Positions 9,518 to 18,575 of a DNA stretch of 64,000 bases are shown piece after piece. Location of the stretch: contig JAQUKX010000005.1 of NCBI GenBank assembly GCA_028718865.1, positions 368 through 64,367 on the forward strand, given 5' to 3'. The position numbers were made by a program, and so were the translations under genes. Below the pieces are notes generated by a model. It was not told where the DNA came from and did not search any database. It saw only the letters and a program-made list of their open reading frames with translations. Position 1 is the stretch's first letter. Each line of letters begins with the position of its first letter. The DNA comes from Patescibacteria group bacterium. Its GTDB lineage: Bacteria > Patescibacteriota > Patescibacteriia > UBA1558 > GWA2-36-10.

Positions 9518-9625
9518 TTTGTCTTACCTGGAATATTTTTTGTCCTCCCAAGTATATTTTTGTCATCCTTGCTATAATTTTTGTCATTCCTGGCATATCT
9601 TTTTGTCATCCTCGGGCTTGACCCG
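9518..9625. repeat. about five imperfect tandem repeats of a TTTTGTCATCC(N)-type unit in the thyA-folA intergenic region
   Basis: tttgtcttacctgg / ttttgtcctcccaag / tttttgtcatccttgc / tttttgtcattcctggc / tttttgtcatcctcgggc on the + strand, each about 20-22 bp. Confidence 0.5.
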
Positions 9626-9681
9626 GGGATCTATCAATATTTAATAGATTCAGAATCAAATCCGAAATGACAAAACTTTAA

Positions 9682-10578
9682 TTACACGGCAATTGGCGCT
9701 TTAATGGCCGGATATGGATCATAATTTTCCAGAGTAAAATCCTCATATTTAAAATCTTCTATATTTTTGACCTCTGGATTTATTTTCATAGTTGGTAATT
9801 TTCTGGGCTGACGTGATAATTGTTCTTTGACCTGCTCAAAATGATTGCTGTAAATATGCAAATCGCCGTAAACGTGGACAAAAGTTCCTGGCTGAAGGCC
9901 CGTCACTTGAGCAACCATCATCAGTAGCAGTGAATAAGAAGCAATATTAAATGGCACGCCCAAAAATGTATCACAACTTCTCTGATACATTTGTAGCGAC
10001 AATTTACCCTCAGCTACATAAAACTGAAAAAGCAAATGACAAGGCGGCAAGGCCATCTGAGGAATCTGAGGCGGATTCCAAGCCGAAACTATCATCCGCC
10101 TATCATTGGGATTATTTTTTATTCTTTCAATTACATCTTTGAGCTGATCTACTCCGCCAAAATCCCGCCACTGCCGGCCATAGACTGGGCCAAGATCTCC
10201 CCACTGCTGGGCAAAATCAGCATCATTTTTTATCTCTTCCACAAACTCCTGCATTTTTTCTTCCCACTCTGGACTGTATTTAGGATATTTGTCTGCCAAG
10301 CCACTGGCCTCCAGATATTTTTGATAAGGCCATTCATTCCAAATCTTGACGCCATTGTCCACTAGATATTTGATATTGGTCTCACCACGAACAAACCAAA
10401 TCAGCTCATGAATAATACCTTTAAGAAATACTTTTTTGGTGGTAAGAAGCGGGAAGCCTTGACTCAAATCAAAATGAGCTTGAGCGCCAAAAACACTACG
10501 CGTGCCCACACCTGTTCTATCGCCTTTGTCTACACCCTCATCCATTATTTTTTGCAGTAGTTCCAAATATTGTTTCAT
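9682..10578 (-). CDS. thyA: thymidylate synthase (ThyA type)
   Basis: ThyA signature ([11 protein letters not shown], ...CHLLFQFYV... with the active-site Cys, ...[10 protein letters not shown]). Confidence 0.93.
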   Translation of the reverse strand: MKQYLELLQKIMDEGVDKGDRTGVGTRSVFGAQAHFDLSQGFPLLTTKKVFLKGIIHELIWFVRGETNIKYLVDNGVKIWNEWPYQKYLEASGLADKYPKYSPEWEEKMQEFVEEIKNDADFAQQWGDLGPVYGRQWRDFGGVDQLKDVIERIKNNPNDRRMIVSAWNPPQIPQMALPPCHLLFQFYVAEGKLSLQMYQRSCDTFLGVPFNIASYSLLLMMVAQVTGLQPGTFVHVYGDLHIYSNHFEQVKEQLSRQPRKLPTMKINPEVKNIEDFKYEDFTLENYDPYPAIKAPIAV

Positions 10579-10595
10579 AATTTATTATTTATTAT

Positions 10596-10662
10596 TGCGA
10601 GGGGTCTAAAGTAAAAGCGTTTTAGGATTTTAATCCCTTAGCGTTACTTTAGACCGCGAGCA
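10596..10662. repeat. nested inverted repeats (structured element) between the P-loop kinase and thyA
   Basis: ggtctaaagtaa ... ttactttagacc (12-bp arms) encloses a second imperfect hairpin (ttaggatt-tta-atccctta) and is flanked by gcgag/cgagg. Confidence 0.4.
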
Positions 10663-10719
10663 AATAAAATACATTTTTTATTTTTACCTTTTCAAAAAAT
10701 TTTGAATTTATTTAACAGA

Positions 10720-11259
10720 CTAAACTAATTTATCCAATTGTTTATAAAACTCCTCCAAAGAACCGTTATTATCCACCACTACGTCTGCTTTTTCCATCAA
10801 CTCCGGAATACTCAACTCGGTTTCCAACTGATGGTCAGCGACAAACTCTTCCCAAGTTTTGCTCTGATCATCAGGATTTTCTCCTCTTTTTACCAAGCGC
10901 TGATAACGAATCTTCATATCTCCTTCAATGGCTATTAATAAAAATCCCTTGATTTTGCTCAAGTGTTCTACATCAGCCAAACGACGAGCTCCGTCAATCA
11001 CTACAATGTCTGTCTCTGCTTGTTTGGCGTCCTCAGCCATTACTTTGGCAAAAATATCCTCGGCAAAATTCTCTCTAACTATTCTGGAAAGCAAAGACAT
11101 ATTTTCTCTGGATTGAGGCAAATAAAGCCTATCTAAAAGATCACGCATAATAGTAGAAAATCGAAAAGTCTTGGCGTCGTATTTTTCTGCCAAATATTTG
11201 GTAGCTGTGCCTTTGCCACAGGCTGGTAGTCCGGTAAAAACAAGAATTTTTTTGGTCAT
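10720..11259 (-). CDS. P-loop nucleoside/nucleotide kinase of the dNMP-kinase/AAA_18-like family
   Basis: Walker A GLPACGKGT at the N-terminus, about 180 aa. Lies in the pyrimidine deoxynucleotide cluster. Confidence 0.55.
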   Translation of the reverse strand: MTKKILVFTGLPACGKGTATKYLAEKYDAKTFRFSTIMRDLLDRLYLPQSRENMSLLSRIVRENFAEDIFAKVMAEDAKQAETDIVVIDGARRLADVEHLSKIKGFLLIAIEGDMKIRYQRLVKRGENPDDQSKTWEEFVADHQLETELSIPELMEKADVVVDNNGSLEEFYKQLDKLV

Positions 11260-11286
11260 ATTTTGACTTGACTCAATATTTTAAAA

Positions 11287-11793
11287 TTATTCTATTTTTA
11301 ATTTTCTAGTTGGCTTATGTTCTCTCAATTTTACTCCACTGGCTTCAAACAAGCGACGGGAAGCAATAAAAATATCCACATCCCTATATTTATCATCTTG
11401 ATACACTACTTCTTTTATGCCTGCTTGAATAATAGCCTTGGCACAATCATTGCAAGGAAAAAGATGACAATACAAACGACCGCCTGCTACTGATTTATTA
11501 GCATTTAAAATAGCATTTATCTCCGCATGCACCACATAAGGATATTTTGTTTTCAAAAATTCTTCTTTTTCATAACCACCGTCTCTATCCCAAGGAAAAA
11601 CTCCTTCATCCACTCCTCTGGGCCAGCCATTGTAGCCCAAACCAAGAATAACATTATTTTCATCCACCACCACTGCACCAGTATGAGTGGAAGGGTCTTT
11701 GGAGCGCTCAGCTATCAAGTCAACCATAAGCATAAAAGTATCATCCCAGGATAAAACTCCTTTTCTTGGCTCGGTTTTTCCTGCTTTTTTCAT
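11287..11793 (-). CDS. dCMP deaminase (CMP/dCMP deaminase zinc-binding family)
   Basis: HAEINAI ... CHLFPCNDCAKAI zinc-binding deaminase motifs. Confidence 0.85.
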   Translation of the reverse strand: MKKAGKTEPRKGVLSWDDTFMLMVDLIAERSKDPSTHTGAVVVDENNVILGLGYNGWPRGVDEGVFPWDRDGGYEKEEFLKTKYPYVVHAEINAILNANKSVAGGRLYCHLFPCNDCAKAIIQAGIKEVVYQDDKYRDVDIFIASRRLFEASGVKLREHKPTRKLKIE

Positions 11794-11800
11794 AATATTT

Positions 11801-12583
11801 TTATTTTAAAATTTTTAATACTTTGTCAGCTACTATTTTATTATTAGCAGTTATAAACATATCATTACTATCATCGCCTTCTATGTTGCCATCAAAATCT
11901 ACCACCACTGCTCCTGCTTCTTTAGCAATCAACTTACCAGCTACAAAATCATACAAATCACAACCTCGATTAAAAATAGCTTCCATTTTGCCAGATGCCA
12001 AAAGACAAAAATCAATTCCTACCGACCAATTAAAACACATTCTTCTAATATCTGATTCCACCACCTTGGTCATATAAGAAGCATTTAATTTTTTTTCTTC
12101 ATCAGTTTTCATGTATCCCCATACCATGCTTATGCAAACATCTTTGGTATCTTTTTTATCATTTACATTTATTTTATTACCATTTAAAAATGCTCCTTTG
12201 CCTTTCATTGCATAATATACGTTGTCCAATATTGGTTGATAAACCAAACCAAAAATTGTTTCTTTATTTTTTTGCAAAGCAATTATGATAGAAAAATTGG
12301 GAATGCCCATGACAAAATTATTAGAAGCATCCAAAGGATCAATAATAAAAGTATATTCTGAACCGTTTTCTATATTATCAGTTTCCTCAGAATGAATATT
12401 ATAATCTGGAAATTCTTTTTTAAGTATTTTTAAAATAGCCTCTTCAGACTCCAGATCAGCTTTGGTCCTGATATCAGCTGGCATAGACTTTTCTTCTATA
12501 GCCAAAAGCTGGCCTAAATAATGCTTTAAAACTTGACCGCCAGCTTTGGCTGCTTCTATTATTTTTTGGTATTTTTCTTCCAT
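11801..12583 (-). CDS. inositol monophosphatase-family phosphatase (SuhB/IMPase-like)
   Basis: IIDPLDASNNF and WSVGIDFCLLASG motifs of the IMPase/FBPase family. Confidence 0.8.
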   Translation of the reverse strand: MEEKYQKIIEAAKAGGQVLKHYLGQLLAIEEKSMPADIRTKADLESEEAILKILKKEFPDYNIHSEETDNIENGSEYTFIIDPLDASNNFVMGIPNFSIIIALQKNKETIFGLVYQPILDNVYYAMKGKGAFLNGNKINVNDKKDTKDVCISMVWGYMKTDEEKKLNASYMTKVVESDIRRMCFNWSVGIDFCLLASGKMEAIFNRGCDLYDFVAGKLIAKEAGAVVVDFDGNIEGDDSNDMFITANNKIVADKVLKILK

Positions 12584-12647
12584 ACTTGTTTTCTAATTTT
12601 AGCAAAATAAACAACTTTTTTCAAACTAAAAATTTAGCCAATATTAG

Positions 12648-13235
12648 CTAAATTTTTCTAAGATTAGCCTTTCTTATTTTATAATCAGGAATTGTTTTTG
12701 CCACTAGTTGCCAAAAAGCCGGACTATGATTCATTTCGCGCGTGTGGCAAAGCTCATGCACTATAATATAATCGGCAATTTCGGGTGGTAAAAGACAAAG
12801 TCGATAATTAAAATTGAGATTTTTATCAGTTGAGCAAGACCCCCAACGGCTTTTTTGGTTTCTAATAGCTACTCGCCTATAAGAAAAACCATAAAATTGG
12901 TTGAAATACTCCAAGCGACTTTTAACCAAAATTCTAGTTTGTTTTTTATACTGCCTGACTTGAAGTTCTGTATGTCTGAGGCCAAAAATACTGGGGTTGC
13001 TTTTTATTTTTTCCACATTTTTGGCTATCCAGTCAAAGCGAGAAATCAAAAATTTTTTGAGCAAAAAAATCGGATAAAGACTGGGGACGGTCACAGTCAA
13101 TGATCCATCCTGGGCAAGGCTCAAACGCAAAGTTCTAGTATAAGGCCGCCGCCGCAAAGTATAAGGATAATCAAGTCCTTGGATTTTTATTTTTCTTTGT
13201 TCAGTTTTTATCGTCATTTTTATTTTCCCAGCCAC
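12648..13235 (-). CDS. YgjP-like metal-dependent hydrolase (DUF45/SprT-like)
   Basis: HELCHTREMNHSPAFW HExxH-type motif typical of YgjP/DUF45. Confidence 0.75.
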   Translation of the reverse strand: MAGKIKMTIKTEQRKIKIQGLDYPYTLRRRPYTRTLRLSLAQDGSLTVTVPSLYPIFLLKKFLISRFDWIAKNVEKIKSNPSIFGLRHTELQVRQYKKQTRILVKSRLEYFNQFYGFSYRRVAIRNQKSRWGSCSTDKNLNFNYRLCLLPPEIADYIIVHELCHTREMNHSPAFWQLVAKTIPDYKIRKANLRKI

Positions 13236-13605
13236 TTAGCAAAGCTGATTGTCCGGCTTGAGTATAAGCCCGAATCAAGCCTCCTACTCCCAGCTTGATA
13301 CCGCCAAAATAACGGACAACCACCAACAGACAATTTTCCAGTTCTTTTTTCTGCAGAAGATAAAGCAAAGGCGCGCCAGCCGAAGCAGCTGGCTCTTTGT
13401 CGTTGACAAATTTTTCCCTCCAAACACCGCCTGATTTCAAACGATAGGCATAAACCAAGTGGCTGGCGTCAGAATATTCTTTTTTTAGCTCAGCGATTTT
13501 TTCTCTGATTACCTCCTCGCTGTCCAGCCAAAAACAAAAACCCAAAAATTTGGATTTTTTGATTATAATCTCACTAGGTATATTTTGCAGATTTTTGCCG
13601 GCCAA
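13201..13605 (-). CDS. YigZ/IMPACT-family protein (UPF0029)
   Basis: KSKFLGF...HLVYAYRL...GGIKLGVGGLIRAY pattern of the IMPACT N-domain. Overlaps the preceding gene by 35 nt. Confidence 0.7.
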   Translation of the reverse strand: MAGKNLQNIPSEIIIKKSKFLGFCFWLDSEEVIREKIAELKKEYSDASHLVYAYRLKSGGVWREKFVNDKEPAASAGAPLLYLLQKKELENCLLVVVRYFGGIKLGVGGLIRAYTQAGQSALLSGWENKNDDKN

Positions 13606-13620
13606 AGTACTGTTGCTAAT

Positions 13621-13860
13621 TTATTGCTCGTCGACTACTTTATGTCCTTTGTTTTTATTCTTGTCTTTGGAACCACAAAGCCAGCACCAGCAGCCGCCAT
13701 CACCTTTTTTCTTCTTGCTTTTATCAGCAATGGACAGACCTAAGAATATAATCAGCAAAGGCCAAAGATAGCCCCAAAAATCGCCGGCGATAATGCCCAT
13801 ATTTTTGAGCAGGAAAAACACGCCGACTATTACTAGAAATAATCCAAACATAATTTTCAC
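13621..13860 (-). CDS. small membrane protein with a Lys/Cys-rich tail
   Basis: 79 aa with two predicted TM helices and the C-terminal KSKKKKGDGGCWCWLCGSKDKNKNKGHK. Confidence 0.45.
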   Translation of the reverse strand: MKIMFGLFLVIVGVFFLLKNMGIIAGDFWGYLWPLLIIFLGLSIADKSKKKKGDGGCWCWLCGSKDKNKNKGHKVVDEQ

Positions 13861-13882
13861 AATTAATAATTAATTTTCAAAA

Positions 13883-14020
13883 TTACTTCGGTAAAAATGG
13901 CTTGAGATAATCCATCTGGCTCAAAAGGTCAAAACCAATGACAAAAACTACATAAAAAACCGCAATGCTACCAAATATAAAGCCCAAAAAAATCAAAACT
14001 TTTTTCTGTTGGCTGGTCAT
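13883..14020 (-). CDS. small membrane protein (45 aa, below the ORF-track cutoff)
   Basis: Hand translation of the minus strand gives MTSQQKKVLIFLGFIFGSIAVFYVVFVIGFDLLSQMDYLKPFLPK, with a single hydrophobic helix. Confidence 0.3.
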   Translation of the reverse strand: MTSQQKKVLIFLGFIFGSIAVFYVVFVIGFDLLSQMDYLKPFLPK

Positions 14021-14148
14021 AGCTCTTTAATTATAGCAGATTTTTCCATTGTTGACAGCTTATTTTTTAGTAAAAATAAAAGCGGCCGACATGCTGTCAA
14101 CCGCCCGATTTTCATAGGCTTTGCTATGACTGTGGAAAGAACTAATAC

Positions 14149-14476
14149 TCAAATGCCATTGGTGCTTCGACACTGGTTGATAATAGGCGCGATAAGGTGA
14201 TTGACATGCTCGCTCAATCCGCCGTTGGGCATTGCTGCCTCTCCTTTGATGATCAGCTGAGCAAGAACGATCAAATCGCCTTTGCCCAAACTGGCGACTC
14301 GATCGCAATCGCAAATTCTGGGGCACTTGGCCGAACACAACGGCCTATTACCCAAAATACTCAACTTATACTCACTCAAAAAAGCTCTTGCTATCCACAC
14401 CAAACGATCCATGGGAGTGTTTTCATCGATTTGAATACTCGCCTGTTGGCTAGGCCTAGCCGTCAATGCCTTCATC
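14149..14476 (-). CDS. hypothetical Cys-rich protein (start chosen at MKALTARPS behind a strong RBS)
   Basis: RBS AAGGAGGAGG sits 7 nt upstream of the ATG at 14476. CSAKCPRICDCDR cysteine cluster. Local GC is higher than the surroundings. Function unknown. Confidence 0.4.
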
Positions 14477-14584
14477 TGAGAGACCTCCTCCTTGGGCGTC
14501 TTTGAAAACCCTAGAAAATATGCTATCTTTAAGCCGAAGCGGCTCAAAAAAGCGGTGCGAAGATTCTAATCAAAAAAAACAAAA

Positions 14585-15037
14585 ATGTCAACCCTACTGA
14601 TAAATAAAGACGCTGGTTTTAGCTTCAAAATCCTGGAAGAATTTGAAGCTGGCTTGGTTTTGACCGGACAAGAAGTAAAATCCCTCAAAAACAAAAGAGC
14701 CAGCTTCAAAGGCGCCTTTGTCTCTATCAAAAATCAAGAAGCCTGGATAAAAAAAATGCATATTCCCGCCTATGCCAAAGCCTCGCTAATGAGCCTGAAA
14801 AACTACAATCCGGAAAGAGACCGCAAACTGCTTTTAAACAAAAAACAGCTAAGTTATCTGGCCAGCAAAACCGATGAAAAGGGCTTGACAATTATACCTG
14901 TTTCCCTGTATACTAGGCGGAGACTTGTCAAGCTTAAAATCGCTTTGGTCAAAGGAAAAAGGAAGTTTGACAAGCGACAGGACATAAAAAAACGCGATAT
15001 CCAAAGAGATATCCAGCGCAAATTAAAAAGTTATTAG
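14585..15037 (+). CDS. smpB: SsrA-binding protein
   Basis: SmpB signature (GLVLTGQEVKSLK...ASFKGAFVSIKNQEAWI...NYNPERDRKLLL). Confidence 0.9.
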   Translation: MSTLLINKDAGFSFKILEEFEAGLVLTGQEVKSLKNKRASFKGAFVSIKNQEAWIKKMHIPAYAKASLMSLKNYNPERDRKLLLNKKQLSYLASKTDEKGLTIIPVSLYTRRRLVKLKIALVKGKRKFDKRQDIKKRDIQRDIQRKLKSY

Positions 15038-15056
15038 CAGTTGCTTTTTTATTTCA

Positions 15057-15466
15057 GGGGGATGTTTTTATTCGATGCCAAATGAAATAAAGCGCCGCAA
15101 GCGGAGTTCATGATCTCCCCAAAATCATCAAAATAAGTGCAAAAAACACTTTTGCTAAAGTCAAAGAGTTGTTTACAGCTCCTAGACTAGCCCCAGTCTT
15201 GGCATAAATTTGCCTCGACCGTTTCCAGATTGATTGGCCTGAGGTCGGCTGGAAGCGCCATTTATCAGGCTAAGGATACAAGTAGTTAGGACTTGCATCT
15301 CGAAAATCAAACTAACTAGATTGTCGGTTCCGCCCAAAGGGCGGCCGCCCTTTGGGCGGTTTTGCCGGTTTTCAAGCTGATAATTGAAAAAACAAAAGCG
15401 GCTAAGCTTGTAGAAACGCTTTAGGCAATTTGTCAGACAGGGGGGCAGTACCCCTCATCTCCACCA
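15057..15466 (+). ncRNA. ssrA: tmRNA (ssrA) candidate immediately downstream of smpB
   Basis: 5' GGGGGAUG...AUUCGAUG pairs with 3' CAUCUCC-ACCA, a 7-bp acceptor with a G3:U wobble. GCA resume codon at about 15139 opens a tag ORF AKNTFAKVKELFTAPRLAPVLA-stop. Internal GC hairpins are present. The T-loop is non-canonical. Confidence 0.6.
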
Positions 15467-15574
15467 ATTAATCCCCTGCTAATAAGCCCGAGCCTTAAAA
15501 TTTAATTTTATTTATATTCTCAATATCCCTAAAAGATAAAGAGAGCACCCTTAGCTAATAATTAATAAAAAAAT

Positions 15575-16117
15575 ATAATAAACAATAGATTCTATCGTCC
15601 CAAAAACTTCGGCTCCAAATACCGCATCAATGATCAAATCCGCGTACCGGAAGTAATGATTATTGACGAAAACGGCCAATCTTTGGGACTGATGCCGACC
15701 AATCAAGCGCTTGAACTAGCTACTGATAAAGAGCTAGATCTAGTAGAGGTTTCCCCTTTGGCTCAGCCACCGGTCTGCAAAATCATTGATTATGGCAAAT
15801 TCCAATACCAGCAGAGCCGCAATCAGCAAAAAGCCAAAAGAGTAGAAACCAAAGTCATCCGGCTTTCGCTGGGCATAGGCCAGCATGATTTGGAAGTCAA
15901 AAAAAAGCAGGCCATCAAATTCCTAGAGCAAGGCCACAATCTAAAAATAGAGCTGCGGCTCAAGGGTCGGCAAAAAGCTTTTACTTTTAAAGATAAAGCT
16001 AAAGGAGTGATCAGCCAATTTCTGCAAAATCTAGGGCTGGAATATAAAATGGACAAAGCCATAGAAGCTCAAGGCCACACTCTGACCGCTGCTATCAGTA
16101 AAAAATCAAACAACTAA
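15575..16117 (+). CDS. infC: translation initiation factor IF-3, probably with a non-AUG (AUA/AUU) start
   Basis: In-frame upstream codons encode ...NNRFYRPKNFGSKYRINDQIRVPEV, matching the conserved IF-3 N-terminus (RINxxIRxxEVR). There is no ATG before this and an in-frame stop at 15566-68, so initiation must be at an ATA/ATT codon around 15575-15580. Confidence 0.8.
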   Translation: MINNRFYRPKNFGSKYRINDQIRVPEVMIIDENGQSLGLMPTNQALELATDKELDLVEVSPLAQPPVCKIIDYGKFQYQQSRNQQKAKRVETKVIRLSLGIGQHDLEVKKKQAIKFLEQGHNLKIELRLKGRQKAFTFKDKAKGVISQFLQNLGLEYKMDKAIEAQGHTLTAAISKKSNN

Positions 16118-16130
16118 GACAAGTAAATAA

Positions 16131-16334
16131 TTGACAAATATGAAATCCAAGACTAAACAGGCTTTGAAAAAAAGGGTTAAAATAAGTAAAAAGAAAAAAA
16201 TTCTTATACGCACTGGCGGCCAAAATCATTTTAATTCTCGCGAAAGCGGCAAAGTCACTCGCAACAAAAGAAGGGATAAAAAAATCTCTACCGCTAATGT
16301 CAAAATGGTTAAAAAATTACTGCCTTATCTATAA
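16131..16334 (+). CDS. rpmI: ribosomal protein L35
   Basis: 67 aa, basic, MKSKTKQALKKRVKIS... Confidence 0.9.
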   Translation: MTNMKSKTKQALKKRVKISKKKKILIRTGGQNHFNSRESGKVTRNKRRDKKISTANVKMVKKLLPYL

Positions 16335-16374
16335 ATTTTAATAACTTTTATACTTTAAACTTGAAATCAAAAAT

Positions 16375-16725
16375 ATGCCTAGAGTAAAACGCGGCACCAC
16401 TCATGTCAAACGCAGAAAAAATATCCTCAAAGCTACCAAGGGTTATAATTGGGGTAGAAAAAATAAAATAAAGCAAGCCAAGGAAGCTATCTTGCACGCC
16501 GGCGCTCATGCTCTGGCTGACAGGCGCAAAAAAAAGCGGGTCAACCGCCGCCTCTGGCAAATCAAGCTCAATGCTGCCCTGCGCCAGCTTGACTGGAAAT
16601 ACTCTGAGTTTATTGATGCCTTGAAAAAGAATAAATCCGAACTAGACAGAAAAGTGTTGGCCGACATTGCTGAAAAAGATTCTAAGACTTTTGAAAAAAT
16701 CGTCAAAGCTTTGAGAAAAAAATAA
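16375..16725 (+). CDS. rplT: ribosomal protein L20
   Basis: MPRVKRGTTHVKRRKNILKATKGY... is the canonical L20 start. Confidence 0.93.
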   Translation: MPRVKRGTTHVKRRKNILKATKGYNWGRKNKIKQAKEAILHAGAHALADRRKKKRVNRRLWQIKLNAALRQLDWKYSEFIDALKKNKSELDRKVLADIAEKDSKTFEKIVKALRKK

Positions 16726-16730
16726 ATAAA

Positions 16731-16760
16731 AATCCGGCTTTTTAGCCGGATTTTTTATTT
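16731..16760. terminator. bidirectional intrinsic terminator (rplT / VanZ-like gene)
   Basis: aatccggct-tttt-agccggatt hairpin followed by a T-run. Confidence 0.6.
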
Positions 16761-17146
16761 TTCAAAAATTTCGTAGCTGGATAAAACTTATAAGCAACTA
16801 TGCCCAAAAATATGCCTATTGAATCAATCATAATATCCTTGTGGCTGCCGTGGCGACCAGCAACAAAAGATTGATGCAATTCATCTATCAGAGCATAAGT
16901 CACCACAACAATCACCACAAACAAAAGATGGCGACGCTGATGACTGTCAAAAGCATTGGCCAGTAAATAAGCTAAAACTGCGAAAACAAAAACATGAGCA
17001 ATCTTTCTTAAAATAAAATCATAGGCGGGCGGAAAACCACTAGCTAAATCCGGCCGAGAAGAAAGATAAAAAATAAAAGACGCCCATAAAACTGATAGAA
17101 TAAAAAACAATATTTGCCTTTGGCCTTTATTATAAAAAATTGACAT
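16742..17146 (-). CDS. VanZ-like membrane protein
   Basis: Four TM helices and the VanZ family pattern (FIFYLSSRP...RKIAHVFVFAVLAYLL). Confidence 0.7.
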   Translation of the reverse strand: MSIFYNKGQRQILFFILSVLWASFIFYLSSRPDLASGFPPAYDFILRKIAHVFVFAVLAYLLANAFDSHQRRHLLFVVIVVVTYALIDELHQSFVAGRHGSHKDIMIDSIGIFLGIVAYKFYPATKFLKNKKSG

Positions 17147-17159
17147 TTTGATCCTGCAA

Positions 17160-17190
17160 AAAACAAGCCGAAAGCGGCTTGTTTTTTTAT
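17160..17190. terminator. hairpin terminator
   Basis: aaaaacaagccg-aaa-gcggcttgttttttt. Confidence 0.5.
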
Positions 17191-17197
17191 TATTAAA

Positions 17198-17542
17198 TTA
17201 AGATCCAGACTCCTCTATTTTTCTTTGAGCACTATCTAGAGCGCCCTGCAATGCTTCAATTATATTATTTTCTTGTAAAAACTCTGCCCTGCCACCACCC
17301 TTATATTTTGCTTCCAGTTCTTCGTAGCCATCTTGCCAATTGGCAATTACCTTATCATCAGCTCCGGCCATCACTACCGCCCGCATTACTTTCCGGTAAG
17401 CATCAGCGCCGGGGAAATCCTCGGCCGAATTAGCCTGCTCTATAGCCAAAAGAGCTTTTTCTGCCAATTCTAGAGCCTCTTGCGGCTTAATCTCGCCTTC
17501 CTGCTCAAGCTGAGGGCTAAGAAAATCTAATTTTTCTGCCAT
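17198..17542 (-). CDS. hypothetical acidic protein
   Basis: 114-aa ORF with no recognisable domain. Confidence 0.45.
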   Translation of the reverse strand: MAEKLDFLSPQLEQEGEIKPQEALELAEKALLAIEQANSAEDFPGADAYRKVMRAVVMAGADDKVIANWQDGYEELEAKYKGGGRAEFLQENNIIEALQGALDSAQRKIEESGS

Positions 17543-17579
17543 AAGTTAACTTTAATTGTTATGTATTTATTATAGCAAA

Positions 17580-17605
17580 AAATCGCCTTTTAGGCGATAA
17601 AAAAT
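17580..17605 (-). terminator. terminator downstream of tRNA-Asp
   Basis: atcgcct-tttt-aggcgat hairpin with a T-run in minus-strand sense. Confidence 0.5.
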
Positions 17606-17616
17606 CTGCTTTTATC

Positions 17617-17693
17617 TGGCGGGATGGAAGGGACTCGAACCCTCGACCTCCTGCGTGACAGGCAGGCGTTCTAACCAACTGAACTACCACCCC
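17617..17693 (-). tRNA. tRNA-Asp (GTC), CCA encoded
   Basis: The reverse complement GGGGTGGTAGTTCAGTTGGTTAGAACGCCTGCCTGTCACGCAGGAGGTCGAGGGTTCGAGTCCCTTCCATCCCGCCA folds as a cloverleaf with anticodon GUC. Confidence 0.9.
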
Positions 17694-17786
17694 AACAGAT
17701 AAAAACAGATTTATTTTAAATATTTTTCAATCCCGCTAAAATCAGGAGACTATCGTTCCAAGAATAAATAGCCAAAATATAATATA

Positions 17787-18575
17787 CTATTTCTTCAATT
17801 TTGGCAAGAAGTAAAGGCCGGCCAAAAACAAAAGAGGCAAAAGCAAGGCAATCAGCTGAGGCAAGCGCCAGCCAAAAAAATCCGGCGTTTCATCTATCCT
17901 GACTGTTTCCATAAAAAACCTTATCAACCCATAAAAAATCAAATAAACAAAAAATACTCGGCCCGCCGCCAATTTGACTTTAAGCAAACTGTGCAGCAAA
18001 AAAAACAAAACTAAACAAAGAATAGACTCGTAAAAAAAGGCCGGCTGGAAAAAATTATAATTTTCATAGCCGCTAACTCTGTTGATCGGATTGATCGGTA
18101 TGCCCCAGCTGGCTGGCTGTCCGTAGAGCTCCTGATTGAAATAATTGCCCCAGCGGCCTATCACTTGACCCAAGGCTACTGCCGGTACCAGTCTATCGCC
18201 AAGAGCCAAAAAGGAAACTTTGTTTTTCACTGACCAAATCAGTAAAGTCAAGGCAGCAAAAACCAAGGCGCCTTGGATAGACATCCCTCCCTGCCAAACT
18301 TTGACAATGTCAGCCGGATTATCAAAATAATAATCAAAATTGAAAAAAAACACATGCCCGAAACGAGCGCCAAGAAGTCCGAAAATAATCAAATAAAAAA
18401 TAAGGTCTTCGGCTTTTTTGGCGCTTAAGACCTCTGATTTTTTAAAACTGTAAAAAGCATAAACTGCCGCTGCTAGCATGGCCAGTACCATAATCAATCC
18501 GTACCAATGCACATTGAACGGCCCAAAAGAAAAAAGCAGAGGCTGGGGTAAATAATTTTGCCAGAAATAAGACAT
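17787..18575 (-). CDS. lgt: prolipoprotein diacylglyceryl transferase
   Basis: Lgt signature GQVIGRWGNYFNQELYG. Multi-TM protein. Confidence 0.85.
   Translation of the reverse strand: MSYFWQNYLPQPLLFSFGPFNVHWYGLIMVLAMLAAAVYAFYSFKKSEVLSAKKAEDLIFYLIIFGLLGARFGHVFFFNFDYYFDNPADIVKVWQGGMSIQGALVFAALTLLIWSVKNKVSFLALGDRLVPAVALGQVIGRWGNYFNQELYGQPASWGIPINPINRVSGYENYNFFQPAFFYESILCLVLFFLLHSLLKVKLAAGRVFFVYLIFYGLIRFFMETVRIDETPDFFGWRLPQLIALLLPLLFLAGLYFLPKLKK

Noticed and set aside
9518-9625. Possible CRISPR array between thyA and folA.
   Set aside because: The repeats are directly abutting imperfect 21-bp units without unique spacers, and no cas genes are present. The window contains no CRISPR.
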